Shown one piece after another: positions 17,062-26,816 of a stretch of 64,000 nucleotides of DNA. Below the pieces are notes generated by a model, which worked only from the letters and a program-made list of their open reading frames with translations, searched no databases and was not told the origin of the DNA. Location of the stretch: the NCBI GenBank assembly GCA_016464795.1, contig JAEKNN010000005.1, positions 65,483-129,482 of the forward strand, written 5' to 3'. The translations under genes were made by a program, and so were the position numbers. This DNA comes from Candidatus Amunia macphersoniae (GTDB taxonomy: Bacteria; Chloroflexota; Dormibacteria; Aeolococcales; Aeolococcaceae). Within the stretch, counting starts at the first letter, position 1. Each line of letters opens with the position of its first letter.

Positions 17062-18987
17062 CTACTGGGCGCCGTTGGGGTCGACCGCATGCGCGTACGT
17101 CGCCGGGGTGTACGCCGCCATCGCAGCGTCGACCTGCGTGCCTGTGAGCGTGGTCAGGGTGCCGTCGATCGGCTGCGTCTGCTCGGTGCTGGTGTACACC
17201 GTTGACCAATCTGATTCGTGGGGTTGCACGCCGTATGCGATCTGCACCTTGTAGGTGTACGAGCCCGCGCGTGAGGCCGCCACGTGTCCGGTGATCGGAA
17301 AGCTCTGCTGGGTGGCGGTGTCGAGGTTGGAGAACCAGCCGGGTCCGTTGATCGCCGCCTCCGGTGGAACCTTGCCGTTCAGCACCGCGCGCACCATGCA
17401 GTTGGTGTTGACCCGGCCGTAGCCCGTGTACTGGTCCCACCCGGCGATGCTGTGGAATCGCTCACCGCCCTCGAGCGACGTGAAGTTGCCAGGAGGCCCG
17501 GCGGGGTACACCGGATGGGTCTCGCACCGGTTGGGCGAGTACGGGCTGGCCGCGTCCTCCAGGTCGAGGTCATCGGCGCTGCCGGCCACGATCTGCTTGG
17601 CCTCCTCCGCGCTGATGGCGATCCCCGGTGCATACGGCTTGAGCTTCCCCAGCGCCACCTGGTTGCGCGCCTCACTCTCCACCAGGCCGACCATGCCCGC
17701 CGCCTTGCCGGTGGCCTCGGAGCTGCACGACACCGAGGGCACGCTGACGATGGTGTGGCCGCCGAAGTTGGTGCAGCCGTTCAGCACCAGGTAGCTGCGC
17801 CCCGGTTGCGGCGCACCTGTCGATGGCGCGCTGTTGGCAACCTCCGCCGAGCGGATGCTGTTGACCACCAGGGTGTGGTTGTACGACGAGGGCCAGTTGT
17901 GGTGGCCGGCCTCCTCATCCGCCGCTGAGGCCACCACCACCACGCCATGGTTGTAGGCGTAGTCGACCGCCGCCTGCCCAAGGCTCGAGTGATTGAGGGT
18001 GCCCAGCGCCTCCTGGATCACCGAGACGCCCTGGTCGGTGGCGAACAGCGACGCCTGGGCAAAGTCGTTGACGTCCGCGATGAATGAGTCGCCGACCTTC
18101 AACGGCATCACCATGCAGCTGGGGCAGGTGCCCACATCGCCCCGGTTGGTGGGCTGCGCGTTGTTCGCCTCCGCGTTCGAGTCGCGCGCCTCACCGGTGC
18201 CGTGGCCGTAGTTGGGCTCGTCGTAGGGGTCGTTGGTACGCTCCATGAAGTTCCAGCCGGCGATGTCGTGGCTGAACCCGTCGCCGTCGTTGTCGACGTT
18301 CTCGGCGCCGTTGCTGCAGTGACGTGGTCCGGTGGGGGTGATGTTGGTGAACTGTCCCAGTGTGTTCGTGGCTGCGTCGTAGCACGAGAACACCTGGATG
18401 AGGTCCTCTGGAGTCAGCACGCCGGGCAGGAACAGGCTGTGGGCCGGAGCGTTCACCCGGGGATCGCCGGCGTAGTCGTCGATGTTGAAGACGCCGTCAC
18501 CGTTGATGTCGTAGCAGTGTGGGAAGGGCGTGTTGGCGTGTCGTGCCGGCAGGGCCACACCGGCGCACGCTGTGTGGAGCGTGCCCCCCGCTGTGTACTG
18601 CGGTGGCGGCAGCTCCGACCAGTTGAGGTAGACCTTCTTGCGCAGGTCGCTCATGGCGCCGGCGTTGTTCCACTCGATGCCCGAGTCGAGCACCGCGATG
18701 CGCACGTCAGGTCGCCCAGTGGTTACGTGCCACGCCTTGTCGACGGCCGGGCCCATCACCCCGCCGAGCTCCTGAGCGGTGGGTGGCACCGAGGGGTCGA
18801 CCGCCGAGTTCATCTTGAAGTCGTTGGGGTCGAAGTCGTTGGGTGGGGTGGGGGAGTGCAGGTAGTCCTGGTAGGCGTAGGGGTCCTGGCCCGCGGGCGC
18901 CTGGGGCCACGGCATCGATGCCGCCGCTGTCATTGGCGACAGCGCCACGCCCAGCACGGCCACGACAACCGAGAGCCGCCGCACCAT
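17062..18987 (-). CDS. Secreted S8 (subtilisin-like) serine peptidase domain protein. As annotated it is terminated by a TAG that is in frame with the downstream FG-GAP segment
   Basis: Signal peptide MVRRLSVVVAVLGVALSPMTAAAS. Catalytic Asp block RIAVLDSGIEW, His block NYGHGTGEA, and a Ser-region / P-domain-like C-terminus. Confidence 0.8.
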   Translation of the reverse strand: MVRRLSVVVAVLGVALSPMTAAASMPWPQAPAGQDPYAYQDYLHSPTPPNDFDPNDFKMNSAVDPSVPPTAQELGGVMGPAVDKAWHVTTGRPDVRIAVLDSGIEWNNAGAMSDLRKKVYLNWSELPPPQYTAGGTLHTACAGVALPARHANTPFPHCYDINGDGVFNIDDYAGDPRVNAPAHSLFLPGVLTPEDLIQVFSCYDAATNTLGQFTNITPTGPRHCSNGAENVDNDGDGFSHDIAGWNFMERTNDPYDEPNYGHGTGEARDSNAEANNAQPTNRGDVGTCPSCMVMPLKVGDSFIADVNDFAQASLFATDQGVSVIQEALGTLNHSSLGQAAVDYAYNHGVVVVASAADEEAGHHNWPSSYNHTLVVNSIRSAEVANSAPSTGAPQPGRSYLVLNGCTNFGGHTIVSVPSVSCSSEATGKAAGMVGLVESEARNQVALGKLKPYAPGIAISAEEAKQIVAGSADDLDLEDAASPYSPNRCETHPVYPAGPPGNFTSLEGGERFHSIAGWDQYTGYGRVNTNCMVRAVLNGKVPPEAAINGPGWFSNLDTATQQSFPITGHVAASRAGSYTYKVQIAYGVQPHESDWSTVYTSTEQTQPIDGTLTTLTGTQVDAAMAAYTPATYAHAVDPNGAQ

Positions 18988-19145
18988 CTTTGCCACGGGA
19001 CATGCCCTCCCTTCCTTCACCTTCCCGGCCGGAACTATCGTGGTTCAGGGCAGGTCCTGTAAAGCGCTCTCCGCGGCCGTCGGGGGGTCGAGGCGATGCT
19101 CATCCAGCGCCGAGCGTCCGGCGGCGGCCGGTACACTCGCCGCCG

Positions 19146-20582
19146 ATGCCACCACCAGACCCAGTCGCCCCCGATCTGCTCGAGCGGCTGGTCTCGCTGT
19201 GCAAGCAGCGCGGCTTCTTCTTCGGCTCCAGCGAGATCTACGGCGGCATCAATGCGCTCTACGACTACGGTCCGCTGGGGGCACGGATGCGTCGCAACGT
19301 GCGCAATCTCTGGTGGCGGGCCATGGTCGAGCTGCGCGACGACGTCGAGCCCATCGAGACCTCGATCATCATGAACCCGCAGGTCTGGGTGGCCAGCGGC
19401 CACGTGGCCACGTTCACCGACCCGCTGGTGGACTGCACGGGCAGCTGTCGCAAGCGCTGGCGCGCCGACCACCTGGGCGACCTGCGCCGCGAGCGTGGCA
19501 AGCCGGAGGATGCCCCGGGGTGTCCTGAGTGTGGCGGCCGGCTCACCGAGGCGCGCCAGTTCAACCTCATGTTCCGCACCCACCTCGGCCCCGTTGCCGA
19601 CGACGCCGCCCAGGTGTACCTGCGACCGGAGACCGCGCAGGGGATGTTCGTCGACTTCGCCACGGTGGTCCAGGCGACCCGCCGCCGCCTGCCGTTCGGC
19701 ATCGCCCAGCAGGGCAAGTCGTTCCGCAACGAGATCTCGCCGAGCAACTCCATCTTCCGTACCCGCGAGTTCGAGCAGATGGAGATGGAGTTCTTCTGCA
19801 AGCCGGGCACCGACCTGGACTGGCACTCGTACTGGTGCACGGAGCGAATGCGCTGGTGGATCGAGGATTGCGGGGTTCGCGCCGGCCGGCTGCGTCTTCG
19901 CGCCCACGATGAGGACGAGCTGTCGCACTACAGCGTCGCCACCAGCGATGTGGAGTACCTCTTTCCATGGGGCTGGGGCGAGCTCGAGGGCATCGCCGAC
20001 CGCACCGACTTCGACCTGCGCAGCCACATGGAGGCGAGCGGTCGCGACCTCAGCTACTTCGAGACCGAGACCAACGAGCGCTACGTCCCCTACGTCGTCG
20101 AGCCGGCGGCCGGGCTCGACCGCGGTTTCCTGACCATGCTCATGGACGCGTACCACGAGGAGGAGGTGCGCGGCGAGAAGCGGGTGGTGCTGCGGCTCCA
20201 TCCCGACGTCTCACCGTGGCAGGTGGCGGTGCTGCCATTGAGCAAGAAGCCGCAGCTCACCGAGGTGGCGCGCTCCCTCGAGCAGCGGCTGCGTAACCGG
20301 TTTCGCACCGAGTACGACGAGACCCAGTCGATCGGCCGCCGTTACCGCCGCCAGGACGAGATCGGCACGCCGTTGGCGATCACCGTCGATTTCGACACCC
20401 TTGACGACAACGCGGTCACCATCCGCGAACGCGACGGGATGACCCAGGTGCGCGTGCCCATCGATACCCTGGAGCAGGCCTGTGAGGATCAGCTGGTCGC
20501 CAGCCGTGCCGCCGCACTGGATCGCGCGCGCACCGCCGCAGACCAAGCAGGTCAGTCGGCGCAGCCCCAGCGGCAGGGCTGA
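19146..20582 (+). CDS. glyQS: Glycine--tRNA ligase (class II, dimeric GlyQS type)
   Basis: LVSLCKQRGFFFGSSEIYGGINALYDYGPLG, class II motifs (FRNEISP, RTREFEQMEMEFF), and a C-terminal anticodon-binding domain. ATG at 19146, in frame with the tool ORF. Confidence 0.9.
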   Translation: MPPPDPVAPDLLERLVSLCKQRGFFFGSSEIYGGINALYDYGPLGARMRRNVRNLWWRAMVELRDDVEPIETSIIMNPQVWVASGHVATFTDPLVDCTGSCRKRWRADHLGDLRRERGKPEDAPGCPECGGRLTEARQFNLMFRTHLGPVADDAAQVYLRPETAQGMFVDFATVVQATRRRLPFGIAQQGKSFRNEISPSNSIFRTREFEQMEMEFFCKPGTDLDWHSYWCTERMRWWIEDCGVRAGRLRLRAHDEDELSHYSVATSDVEYLFPWGWGELEGIADRTDFDLRSHMEASGRDLSYFETETNERYVPYVVEPAAGLDRGFLTMLMDAYHEEEVRGEKRVVLRLHPDVSPWQVAVLPLSKKPQLTEVARSLEQRLRNRFRTEYDETQSIGRRYRRQDEIGTPLAITVDFDTLDDNAVTIRERDGMTQVRVPIDTLEQACEDQLVASRAAALDRARTAADQAGQSAQPQRQG

Positions 20583-20636
20583 GCACACGCGGAGACGTCG
20601 GCTGCTGTGGCCCCGTGCCGCTCAAACCCCTCACGG

Positions 20637-21668
20637 TCAGGCGCGGCGCGCCTCCTGGGACTCGCGTGGGGTACCGGCAGACGACCTCGCTGTCGACGTC
20701 TCGCCGCTGGCGGCACCCCGGCGCCGGCTGGGCGCTTCGTGCAGATGGCCCCGACGAATCAGTACCAGGAACACAGCGCCCATACCGGCCATGAGGACGT
20801 CGTTGAAGCCGCGGAACAGCAGGCCGGCGGCTGCCCCGGCGGCCACGGGCACGCCGTTGGCGATCACCAGCACTGTGAGCAGGCCCTCAAAAAGTCCCAC
20901 CCCGCCAGGGATCAAGCTGATTCCGGAGATCACGAAGCTCAGCGCCAGCACGAACATGGCAGCGATGAAGCTCACCTGATTCGCACCGACGGCGTGCAGC
21001 GCCAGGTAGAACAGGAGGTACGACAGGAACACCGCCAGGGCGTTGCAGAGCAGCACGGGCACGACCACGCGCAGGTGCAGCAGCTCGACGAATGCCGGCC
21101 GGATGGAGCGCAGCTGCGAATCGAAGCGGCGCAGCAGCTTCACCTTCTCCACCAGCCCGATCGCCCAGTCGTATGCGGGCTTCCAGATGATCACTGTGAG
21201 GATGAGCAGGTGGATCAGCACCATGGCAATGACCAGCAGGGCGATGTCGGGGTGCCGCGCCACCCGGGGCAGCACCCCGAGCCCCATCAGGGTCATGAAG
21301 AGCAGCTCTTGGAAGGCGATGGTCGCGGTCAGCTCGCCGGATGTTCGCGGCGTGCCGGTGACCTCCTTGATCAGGGCGATGCGCGCCAGGTCCCCGGTCG
21401 GCATGAACACCATGGTCTGGCCGGCGAACTCCACCGCGACGGAGTGGGGGATGTCTACGTCGACGCCCACCCTGCGGAGCGTGAACCACCACCCCAGCGA
21501 ACGCGCCAGATAGGTGCCAATGGTCACCGGCAGCATCAGCAGCACGAGGGCCACGTCGGTTCTCGCGAAGACGCCGCCCAGGGCGGCGGGATTGACGGCG
21601 AGCACCAGCGCCAGCAGACACAGCACAGCGATGATCTCCATCGTGTGGTGCTTGAGCAAACGCGCCAT
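20637..21668 (-). CDS. Lysylphosphatidylglycerol-synthase-TM / flippase-like (UPF0104) membrane protein
   Basis: Eight predicted TM helices. Characteristic of the PF03706-like family (RSLGWWFTLRRVG..., GVGLFEGLLTVLVIANGV). Start taken at MARLLKHH. Confidence 0.55.
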   Translation of the reverse strand: MARLLKHHTMEIIAVLCLLALVLAVNPAALGGVFARTDVALVLLMLPVTIGTYLARSLGWWFTLRRVGVDVDIPHSVAVEFAGQTMVFMPTGDLARIALIKEVTGTPRTSGELTATIAFQELLFMTLMGLGVLPRVARHPDIALLVIAMVLIHLLILTVIIWKPAYDWAIGLVEKVKLLRRFDSQLRSIRPAFVELLHLRVVVPVLLCNALAVFLSYLLFYLALHAVGANQVSFIAAMFVLALSFVISGISLIPGGVGLFEGLLTVLVIANGVPVAAGAAAGLLFRGFNDVLMAGMGAVFLVLIRRGHLHEAPSRRRGAASGETSTARSSAGTPRESQEARRA

Positions 21669-21981
21669 CGCGCCCAGGGTGCGGTGTCGCTGCGAGGCAT
21701 CCCAGGCAGCATGCACGGCTCCAGCGACGCGGCCGAGGGCGCGATTGATCACGCTGCCGCGCCACCGGTGTAAGCCACGCTGGCACCATACGCGAAGGCG
21801 CGAGGATGCGCGTCGCAGCACCACCCGGCGCACGCTGTCCTGGTGGAGGGTGACGTCAGGGTGAGCTGCATGGCCGCAGCCGCAGTGGCAGGGGAGGTGA
21901 TCGCCAGCCACGAGGTAGGGGCGCGACCCCGGTCAGATGTTGCGCGTCTTCTGAGGCGCGACGGCGCTCATGGTCGCATTG

Positions 21982-23025
21982 TCACCTCTTCCGCTTGCGT
22001 GACAGTGCGGCTCCCAGGGCAGCGACGGCCACACCCGCACCAACGACGATGCGAGCCTCCCCGGGGCTGCGATGCGCCGGTGCCGCACCGTCTGCGACGC
22101 GGTAGCCCTCATGGTCCTCGGTACGGGCTTGGCGGCCGCTTCCCCTGATGGCACTTCCCTGCGTCTCGCGCTTCTCGTCCTCGATTGCGTCAGCCGGGTC
22201 CTTGCTCTCACGGCCCTCGGCCGGCGACGCGGCCACGATTCCCTCGTCCTGCGGAACGCCGAGGCGCAGCTTGTTGAACACCGCGCCGACCAGGATGAAC
22301 TGGCTCATGAAGGAGAGCCAGGTCGCCAGCAGGAAGAAGAGCGCGAAGTTCTGGCCATAGGTGCCGAAGCCCTTGGACAGCTTGGCGTACAGGGGAAACA
22401 CCAGTGAGAACACCTCGATCAGGGCTCCCGCGAGCAGCGCTCCGGGCCAGATGTCCTTGAGGGCAAAGGTGCGGTTGGGCACCCAGCGATAGATAAGAAC
22501 CATCAGTGCGATCAGCACCACGGCGCCGAGGATCGCGCCCAGCACGCCGGCCCCGGGGGACGCCGCGGCCGCGCTGTTGGCAGTCACCGCTAGCAACACG
22601 GCGGCGATGAACACCACCACCATGACCAGGCCCATGAAACGCTGGCGCAGGGTGTCACGCTGTTCGGTTCCGAAGATCTTGGTGAGCGCGAACTCCATGG
22701 CGGCGAAGAGGCTGGTGCCACTCCACAGCAAGCCCACGATGGAGACAACTCCGAGGATGCCCGCGTGATCCTTGACCCCGCTCAACGCGCCCGCGATCGC
22801 ATCGTGGGACTCGCGGGGAAACACCGACACGATGCCGTCGTAGAGCTTCGTCTGGGTCGCCTGGTCGTGGATCACCAGGCCGACGATCGAGAGCATGCCG
22901 AGGATCAGCGGGAACATCGCCAGGAAGGCCCTGAAGGCGAGGCCGCTGGCGTAGTTGCCGGCCTGGCTGGCGCCGTAGGCGGCGATCACCTGGAACGGTC
23001 GGGTCGCCTTGAGGCGGTTCAACAT
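21982..23025 (-). CDS. YihY/BrkB (virulence factor BrkB / RNase BN-like) family membrane protein
   Basis: N-terminus MLNRLKATRPFQVIAAYGASQAGNYASGLAFRAFLAMFPLILG is typical of the YihY family. Six TM helices. Acidic and basic C-terminal tail. Confidence 0.8.
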   Translation of the reverse strand: MLNRLKATRPFQVIAAYGASQAGNYASGLAFRAFLAMFPLILGMLSIVGLVIHDQATQTKLYDGIVSVFPRESHDAIAGALSGVKDHAGILGVVSIVGLLWSGTSLFAAMEFALTKIFGTEQRDTLRQRFMGLVMVVVFIAAVLLAVTANSAAAASPGAGVLGAILGAVVLIALMVLIYRWVPNRTFALKDIWPGALLAGALIEVFSLVFPLYAKLSKGFGTYGQNFALFFLLATWLSFMSQFILVGAVFNKLRLGVPQDEGIVAASPAEGRESKDPADAIEDEKRETQGSAIRGSGRQARTEDHEGYRVADGAAPAHRSPGEARIVVGAGVAVAALGAALSRKRKR

Positions 23026-23174
23026 TGGCGGGCCGGTGCCTCCTCGGTCAATGGGCTGAACAGCTGTCGATTGTGCTGATGGGGAAGGGCGCGAATACTA
23101 GCCGTCGCACGTGCGCTGCCCTGGCGACCGCGTGGGCGCGGCAGGGGACGGGAACATCCCGCCCCCTTTGTCGG

Positions 23175-23750
23175 CTACGTCTGCAAGGCCGATTGGGCCT
23201 CCTTGGCCGCCTCCTGCGTGTTCGTCTGTGCGGTCTCCGCAAGCTGCTCAGCGTGTGCCTGACCGCTCTCCTGCGCGGTTTGCGCAGCGGCCTGCAGCGA
23301 GTCCTGGGCGACGGCCTTGCCATGCTCCACGGCCTGCTGACCGGTTTCAACCAGGCGGCTCTTGACCTGGTCCGCGGCTGCGCCCAACCGCTCGTCCTCC
23401 ATCCGGCTAGATGGGACCGCCATCCCGGCCAGAAAGCCGAGCGCAACCGCGCCCAGGGCGAGCCCGAGCGGATTCTGCTGGGCGACGCTGATCGCCTGGC
23501 GTGCCGTCTGCTGGACGGCGGCCGGGTCGGGCAGGGCATCACCGACGGTGCCGCCGACCGCTCCCGCTTGTCCCACGACGGCGTCCTTCAGCCCCGTCAT
23601 CCGGCTCACCACCGCGTCCTTCTTGTCATTGATGGCGTCCTTGGTTCGCGCCGGCACGTCGGTCTTGTAGCTGAGAGCCTCCACGGTCTCGCCCATGCGC
23701 TGACGAGTGTCGGCTATCTCCTCCCTGATTCGGCTCGGGTCTTCGCCCAT
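23175..23750 (-). CDS. DUF3618 domain protein (stress-associated)
   Basis: N-terminal MGEDPSRIREEIADTRQRMGETVEALSYKTDVPARTKD matches the DUF3618 signature. One TM helix follows, then an Ala/Gln-rich helical tail. Confidence 0.7.
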   Translation of the reverse strand: MGEDPSRIREEIADTRQRMGETVEALSYKTDVPARTKDAINDKKDAVVSRMTGLKDAVVGQAGAVGGTVGDALPDPAAVQQTARQAISVAQQNPLGLALGAVALGFLAGMAVPSSRMEDERLGAAADQVKSRLVETGQQAVEHGKAVAQDSLQAAAQTAQESGQAHAEQLAETAQTNTQEAAKEAQSALQT

Positions 23751-24151
23751 TCCACGTCCTCCTTCACTGTCTGCACTGTTTGTTCTGGTGCGGGTGGCAG
23801 CGCCTCCTGCACCTGCTTCTTGCCTCTCAACGCGAGGATCCCCGCAGCCGCTCCGTACACGAGGGCGACGATCAAGGCGGCGAGCCACACCTGCGCCGCC
23901 AGGCTCAACGCGGCGATGATGCAGGCGGTCAACGCGGCCAGAGCGTAGAGGGCGAGGAGGCCGCCGGCGCCAACCATCCCGACCCCGAGCCCCGCTCGCT
24001 TGCCCTTGTCGGTCATCTCGGCCTTGAAGAGTTGAAGCTCCTGCTGAACCAGCGTGCTCGTCTCTTCGGCGAGCTGGCTCAACAACTCCCCGATCGGACG
24101 GTCGTGGCGGGGTGGAGGAGCCTGCGACCCCACTGGCGCGTTGTCAGCCAT
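23714..24151 (-). CDS. Phage-holin-family (actinobacterial Holin-X / DUF1469-like) small membrane protein
   Basis: IGELLSQLAEETSTLVQQELQLFKAEMTDKGKRAG followed by two TM helices (GVGMVGAGGLLALYALAALTACIIAAL and WLAALIVALVYGAAAGILAL). This is the typical Holin-X architecture. Confidence 0.65.
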   Translation of the reverse strand: MADNAPVGSQAPPPRHDRPIGELLSQLAEETSTLVQQELQLFKAEMTDKGKRAGLGVGMVGAGGLLALYALAALTACIIAALSLAAQVWLAALIVALVYGAAAGILALRGKKQVQEALPPAPEQTVQTVKEDVEWAKTRAESGRR

Positions 24152-24153
24152 TC

Positions 24154-24594
24154 TCAGATCCCAGGAGCCGGTGACTGCGACTCCTCGTAGCGCCGGCTGC
24201 TCGACGCCTTGAGGAAGCGAGAGGCGGCGAAGCCGACGAAGACGCCACCGGCGATCACCGCCCACGGCTGCTCACGGCCGAACCGTTCGACGTCGCCGAT
24301 GATCTGCTCGCCGTTGGAGGACCGCAGATACTGGCCCAGCTGCTCCACCCTCTCGGCGGCCTGCTCGATGACGCGAGCGGGCAGATCCTGGCCTTGCGAG
24401 CGCAGCTCGTCCGCTGAATGCCGCGCCGCCTCACTGATGGTGCCGACGCTCTCGCCGGCGGACGTCGACCGCTCGTCCAGCTTCTGCTTGATGGTGTCGC
24501 CAGCCTGTCCCGCCACCTGCTGAAGGGACTCCTGAGCCTGCCCGGCCACGTCCTGAACTTTCCCCTGAAGGTCGCTTGTCGGTGTCTGCGTCAT
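24154..24594 (-). CDS. Small stress-response-type membrane-anchored protein (DUF883/ElaB-YqjD-like: long amphipathic helix plus C-terminal TM)
   Basis: Gln/Ala-rich helical region. C-terminal PWAVIAGGVFVGFAASRFL helix followed by a basic tail. Tightly stacked with the Holin-X-like and DUF3618 genes. Confidence 0.5.
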   Translation of the reverse strand: MTQTPTSDLQGKVQDVAGQAQESLQQVAGQAGDTIKQKLDERSTSAGESVGTISEAARHSADELRSQGQDLPARVIEQAAERVEQLGQYLRSSNGEQIIGDVERFGREQPWAVIAGGVFVGFAASRFLKASSSRRYEESQSPAPGI

Positions 24595-24660
24595 GGTTGT
24601 CTACCTCTGAAAGAGCTGGATGTTGCAGTTAAACGAGCGGACAGATCGGGTTGCCCGAGG

Positions 24661-25377
24661 TCACAGAGCCTCCCTCTCGACGTCGACGCGTTCCTTGCGA
24701 AGGGACGCCTCGATCGGCCAGTCCGCGGTGACCCGGACGGTGCGCACTCGCACGTGCTCGTACGGCACGAGGCGCTTGTGGATGACCAGCTCCTCGCGGT
24801 GCAGGACCATGTCGATGTCCTCGTTCGCCGCCAGCCTGGCGGTGCCGAAGGAAACCTCGAGACGCTCGACCGCGCTGATCGGAAGGTCCTCGATGACGAG
24901 CTCCTCGTGGCGAACTGTGATGACCTCGGTGATCTCCTCGGTGCGGATCACCTTGCTGATTCGCAGCCGCTGGTAGGGCCGCCACTCCAACGTGCTGACG
25001 GACAGCCGTTCCTCGCTGCGGATCATGGTGAGAAGCGGCTCGGTGCCGGGTCGGGGCGGCGCTGGGGACGACTGTCTGGTGACGCCATCACCGAGCCCGT
25101 AGTGGGCGATCAGGGCCGTCTCCTCAGACCTGTACATCCGTTTGGGCTCGCCCAACACGGGAGCGCTCAACACCTGGGCCGCGTCATACGGCACGTGCAG
25201 GCCGTCCCCTTGGTTGATCGCCTGGACGATGGGCACGACCAAGAAACGGTGCTCTGCGTCTCCGCTGTCCAGCACCGCCCACCTCGCCCCTTTGGTGTCG
25301 GCGTCGCGATGGATGCCGACGATCGAGCCGAGCATGACGCCGTCGCTGCTCAGGCACGAGCGAACCGGCTGCTGCAT
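24661..25377 (-). CDS. PRC-barrel + DUF2382 (YsnF/AvaK-type) stress protein
   Basis: PRC-barrel-like N-terminus (GSIVGIHRDADTKGARWAVLDSGDAEHRFLVVPI). C-terminal repeat E(E/T)VTVRHEELVIE...V..ERVDVERE is typical of DUF2382. Confidence 0.7.
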   Translation of the reverse strand: MQQPVRSCLSSDGVMLGSIVGIHRDADTKGARWAVLDSGDAEHRFLVVPIVQAINQGDGLHVPYDAAQVLSAPVLGEPKRMYRSEETALIAHYGLGDGVTRQSSPAPPRPGTEPLLTMIRSEERLSVSTLEWRPYQRLRISKVIRTEEITEVITVRHEELVIEDLPISAVERLEVSFGTARLAANEDIDMVLHREELVIHKRLVPYEHVRVRTVRVTADWPIEASLRKERVDVEREAL

Positions 25378-25379
25378 TC

Positions 25380-26036
25380 TCAAACCCTGCGCAGCGCACG
25401 GTCGACCCGCTGGTGGTAACGAAGACCCATGGTGCCGCCGAGGATCGCCGCGGCCAGGGTGAGGATGGCGAGAGCGGCGAGCGCGATCGCCCCGCCGGTG
25501 GCGAAGGACTGGCCGTTGACAGGAATCGACGGCAGCCGCAGCTGCGCCAGCACGTTGTACTTGGACCCGGCCACGACTCCGGCGATCGCCAGAGCGACGG
25601 TGATCAGCAGGCCGATCACCCATACCCCGAATCCCTGAACGCCGCCAGAGAAGCGTGACAGCCGGCCGGCGACGTACCCGCCCGCGTAGTAGGCGAGCAG
25701 CAGGATCACCGCGAGCAGGACGGCCCCGGTGATGGTGAGGGTGAGGGTGGTGGTGGTGCTGGTGCTGCTCAGTGCGTCCTTGGTGAGCGTCAGAGCGGCG
25801 CCGGCCGCTCCCAGCACGGCCGCCAGCAGAGCGGCGATGCCGACCGCCACCAGCCAGCCGAAGAACGCGGCTCCGAGGTTGAGGCCACGGAAGCGGTTCA
25901 GCTCACGGTGGCGCGGGTCCTCCCGCTCGTCGGACTGGCGCGCCGCCACCGCCCCGCGTGCGTCGGCAGGCAGGGTGACCACCTGCTCGGCGGGCGGCGG
26001 CGCGTCCGCCCGCTGATACTCCGGAGTGGTGCTCAC
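25380..26036 (-). CDS. Hypothetical polytopic membrane protein
   Basis: Four hydrophobic helices. The stop abuts the start of the downstream gene. No recognisable catalytic motif. Confidence 0.45.
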   Translation of the reverse strand: MSTTPEYQRADAPPPAEQVVTLPADARGAVAARQSDEREDPRHRELNRFRGLNLGAAFFGWLVAVGIAALLAAVLGAAGAALTLTKDALSSTSTTTTLTLTITGAVLLAVILLLAYYAGGYVAGRLSRFSGGVQGFGVWVIGLLITVALAIAGVVAGSKYNVLAQLRLPSIPVNGQSFATGGAIALAALAILTLAAAILGGTMGLRYHQRVDRALRRV

Positions 26037-26770
26037 CGCTGCGGCTCGCGATCGACCTCGATCTGCTCCTTGCGGACCTCGCCGGTGACCTCGCGCTCCT
26101 CGGTGGTGACGTCCTTCTCGACGCGGACGCGCTCGACCGGAACCGTTGTCTTCTCGACCACGGGCTCCTCGCGGCTGAGGGTGACCTCGTGGACCTGCTC
26201 GGAGATCTCAGCCCCGGGGACGGCGCCGCCCTCGGTGATCGGCTCGCGCTCGACGCGGACCTCCTCGCGCTGCAATGGAATGGTCTCCGACACTGGTTCG
26301 GTGACCACTGTCTTGCGCAGCCGAACGAGCTCGGACGGGCGGCGCATCGCGCCGACGCGCATCTGCTCCTCCGAACGGGTGATCGATGCGTCGCTCTCGG
26401 CCCCGGTGGCGCCTGTCGTGGGAACTGGACGGCCCCCGGTGACAAGGCCGGTGCTCGACTGCTCGGTGGAGACACCGAGGCCGTAGTACCGAGCCAATTC
26501 CTCCTCATCTTCGATGGACAGCTCCCCGTCCGCCTCCATGCGGGGCGCATCGTTGATCTGAGACTTCTCGTAGGGGACGCGCAACTGGTCGCCCTCGGGG
26601 GTTGCGCCAACCAGCGGCACGAAGGTCTGCTTGGTGCCGAAGAGTCCGGTGTGAATCAGCCCCCACTGCGGTGCCTGGGTCTGGTCATCGACGTAGACCT
26701 CGCTGATCTTGCCGACCTTGTTGCCCTGGTTGTCGAGCACGGTGGTGCCTTCGTACTGCGTATGGTCCAT
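26033..26770 (-). CDS. PRC-barrel + DUF2382 stress protein (paralog of 24661-25377)
   Basis: MDHTQYEGTTVLDNQGNKVGKISEVYVDDQT matches the PRC barrel. C-terminal repeats REEVRVEREPITE and VERVRVEKDVTTEEREVTGEVRKEQIEVDRE. Confidence 0.7.
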   Translation of the reverse strand: MDHTQYEGTTVLDNQGNKVGKISEVYVDDQTQAPQWGLIHTGLFGTKQTFVPLVGATPEGDQLRVPYEKSQINDAPRMEADGELSIEDEEELARYYGLGVSTEQSSTGLVTGGRPVPTTGATGAESDASITRSEEQMRVGAMRRPSELVRLRKTVVTEPVSETIPLQREEVRVEREPITEGGAVPGAEISEQVHEVTLSREEPVVEKTTVPVERVRVEKDVTTEEREVTGEVRKEQIEVDREPQR

Positions 26771-26816
26771 GTCCTTCTCCTTGTTTCTTGTTGCTGGTTC
26801 GTTTTTTGTGGCTGTC

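Noticed and set aside
23026-23174. Imperfect GC-rich inverted repeat (GGGGACGGGAACATCCCGCCCC) downstream of the DUF3618 gene, considered as an intrinsic terminator
   Set aside because: No U-tract follows it on the transcribed strand, so it could be any stable hairpin. Confidence is too low to call it a terminator.
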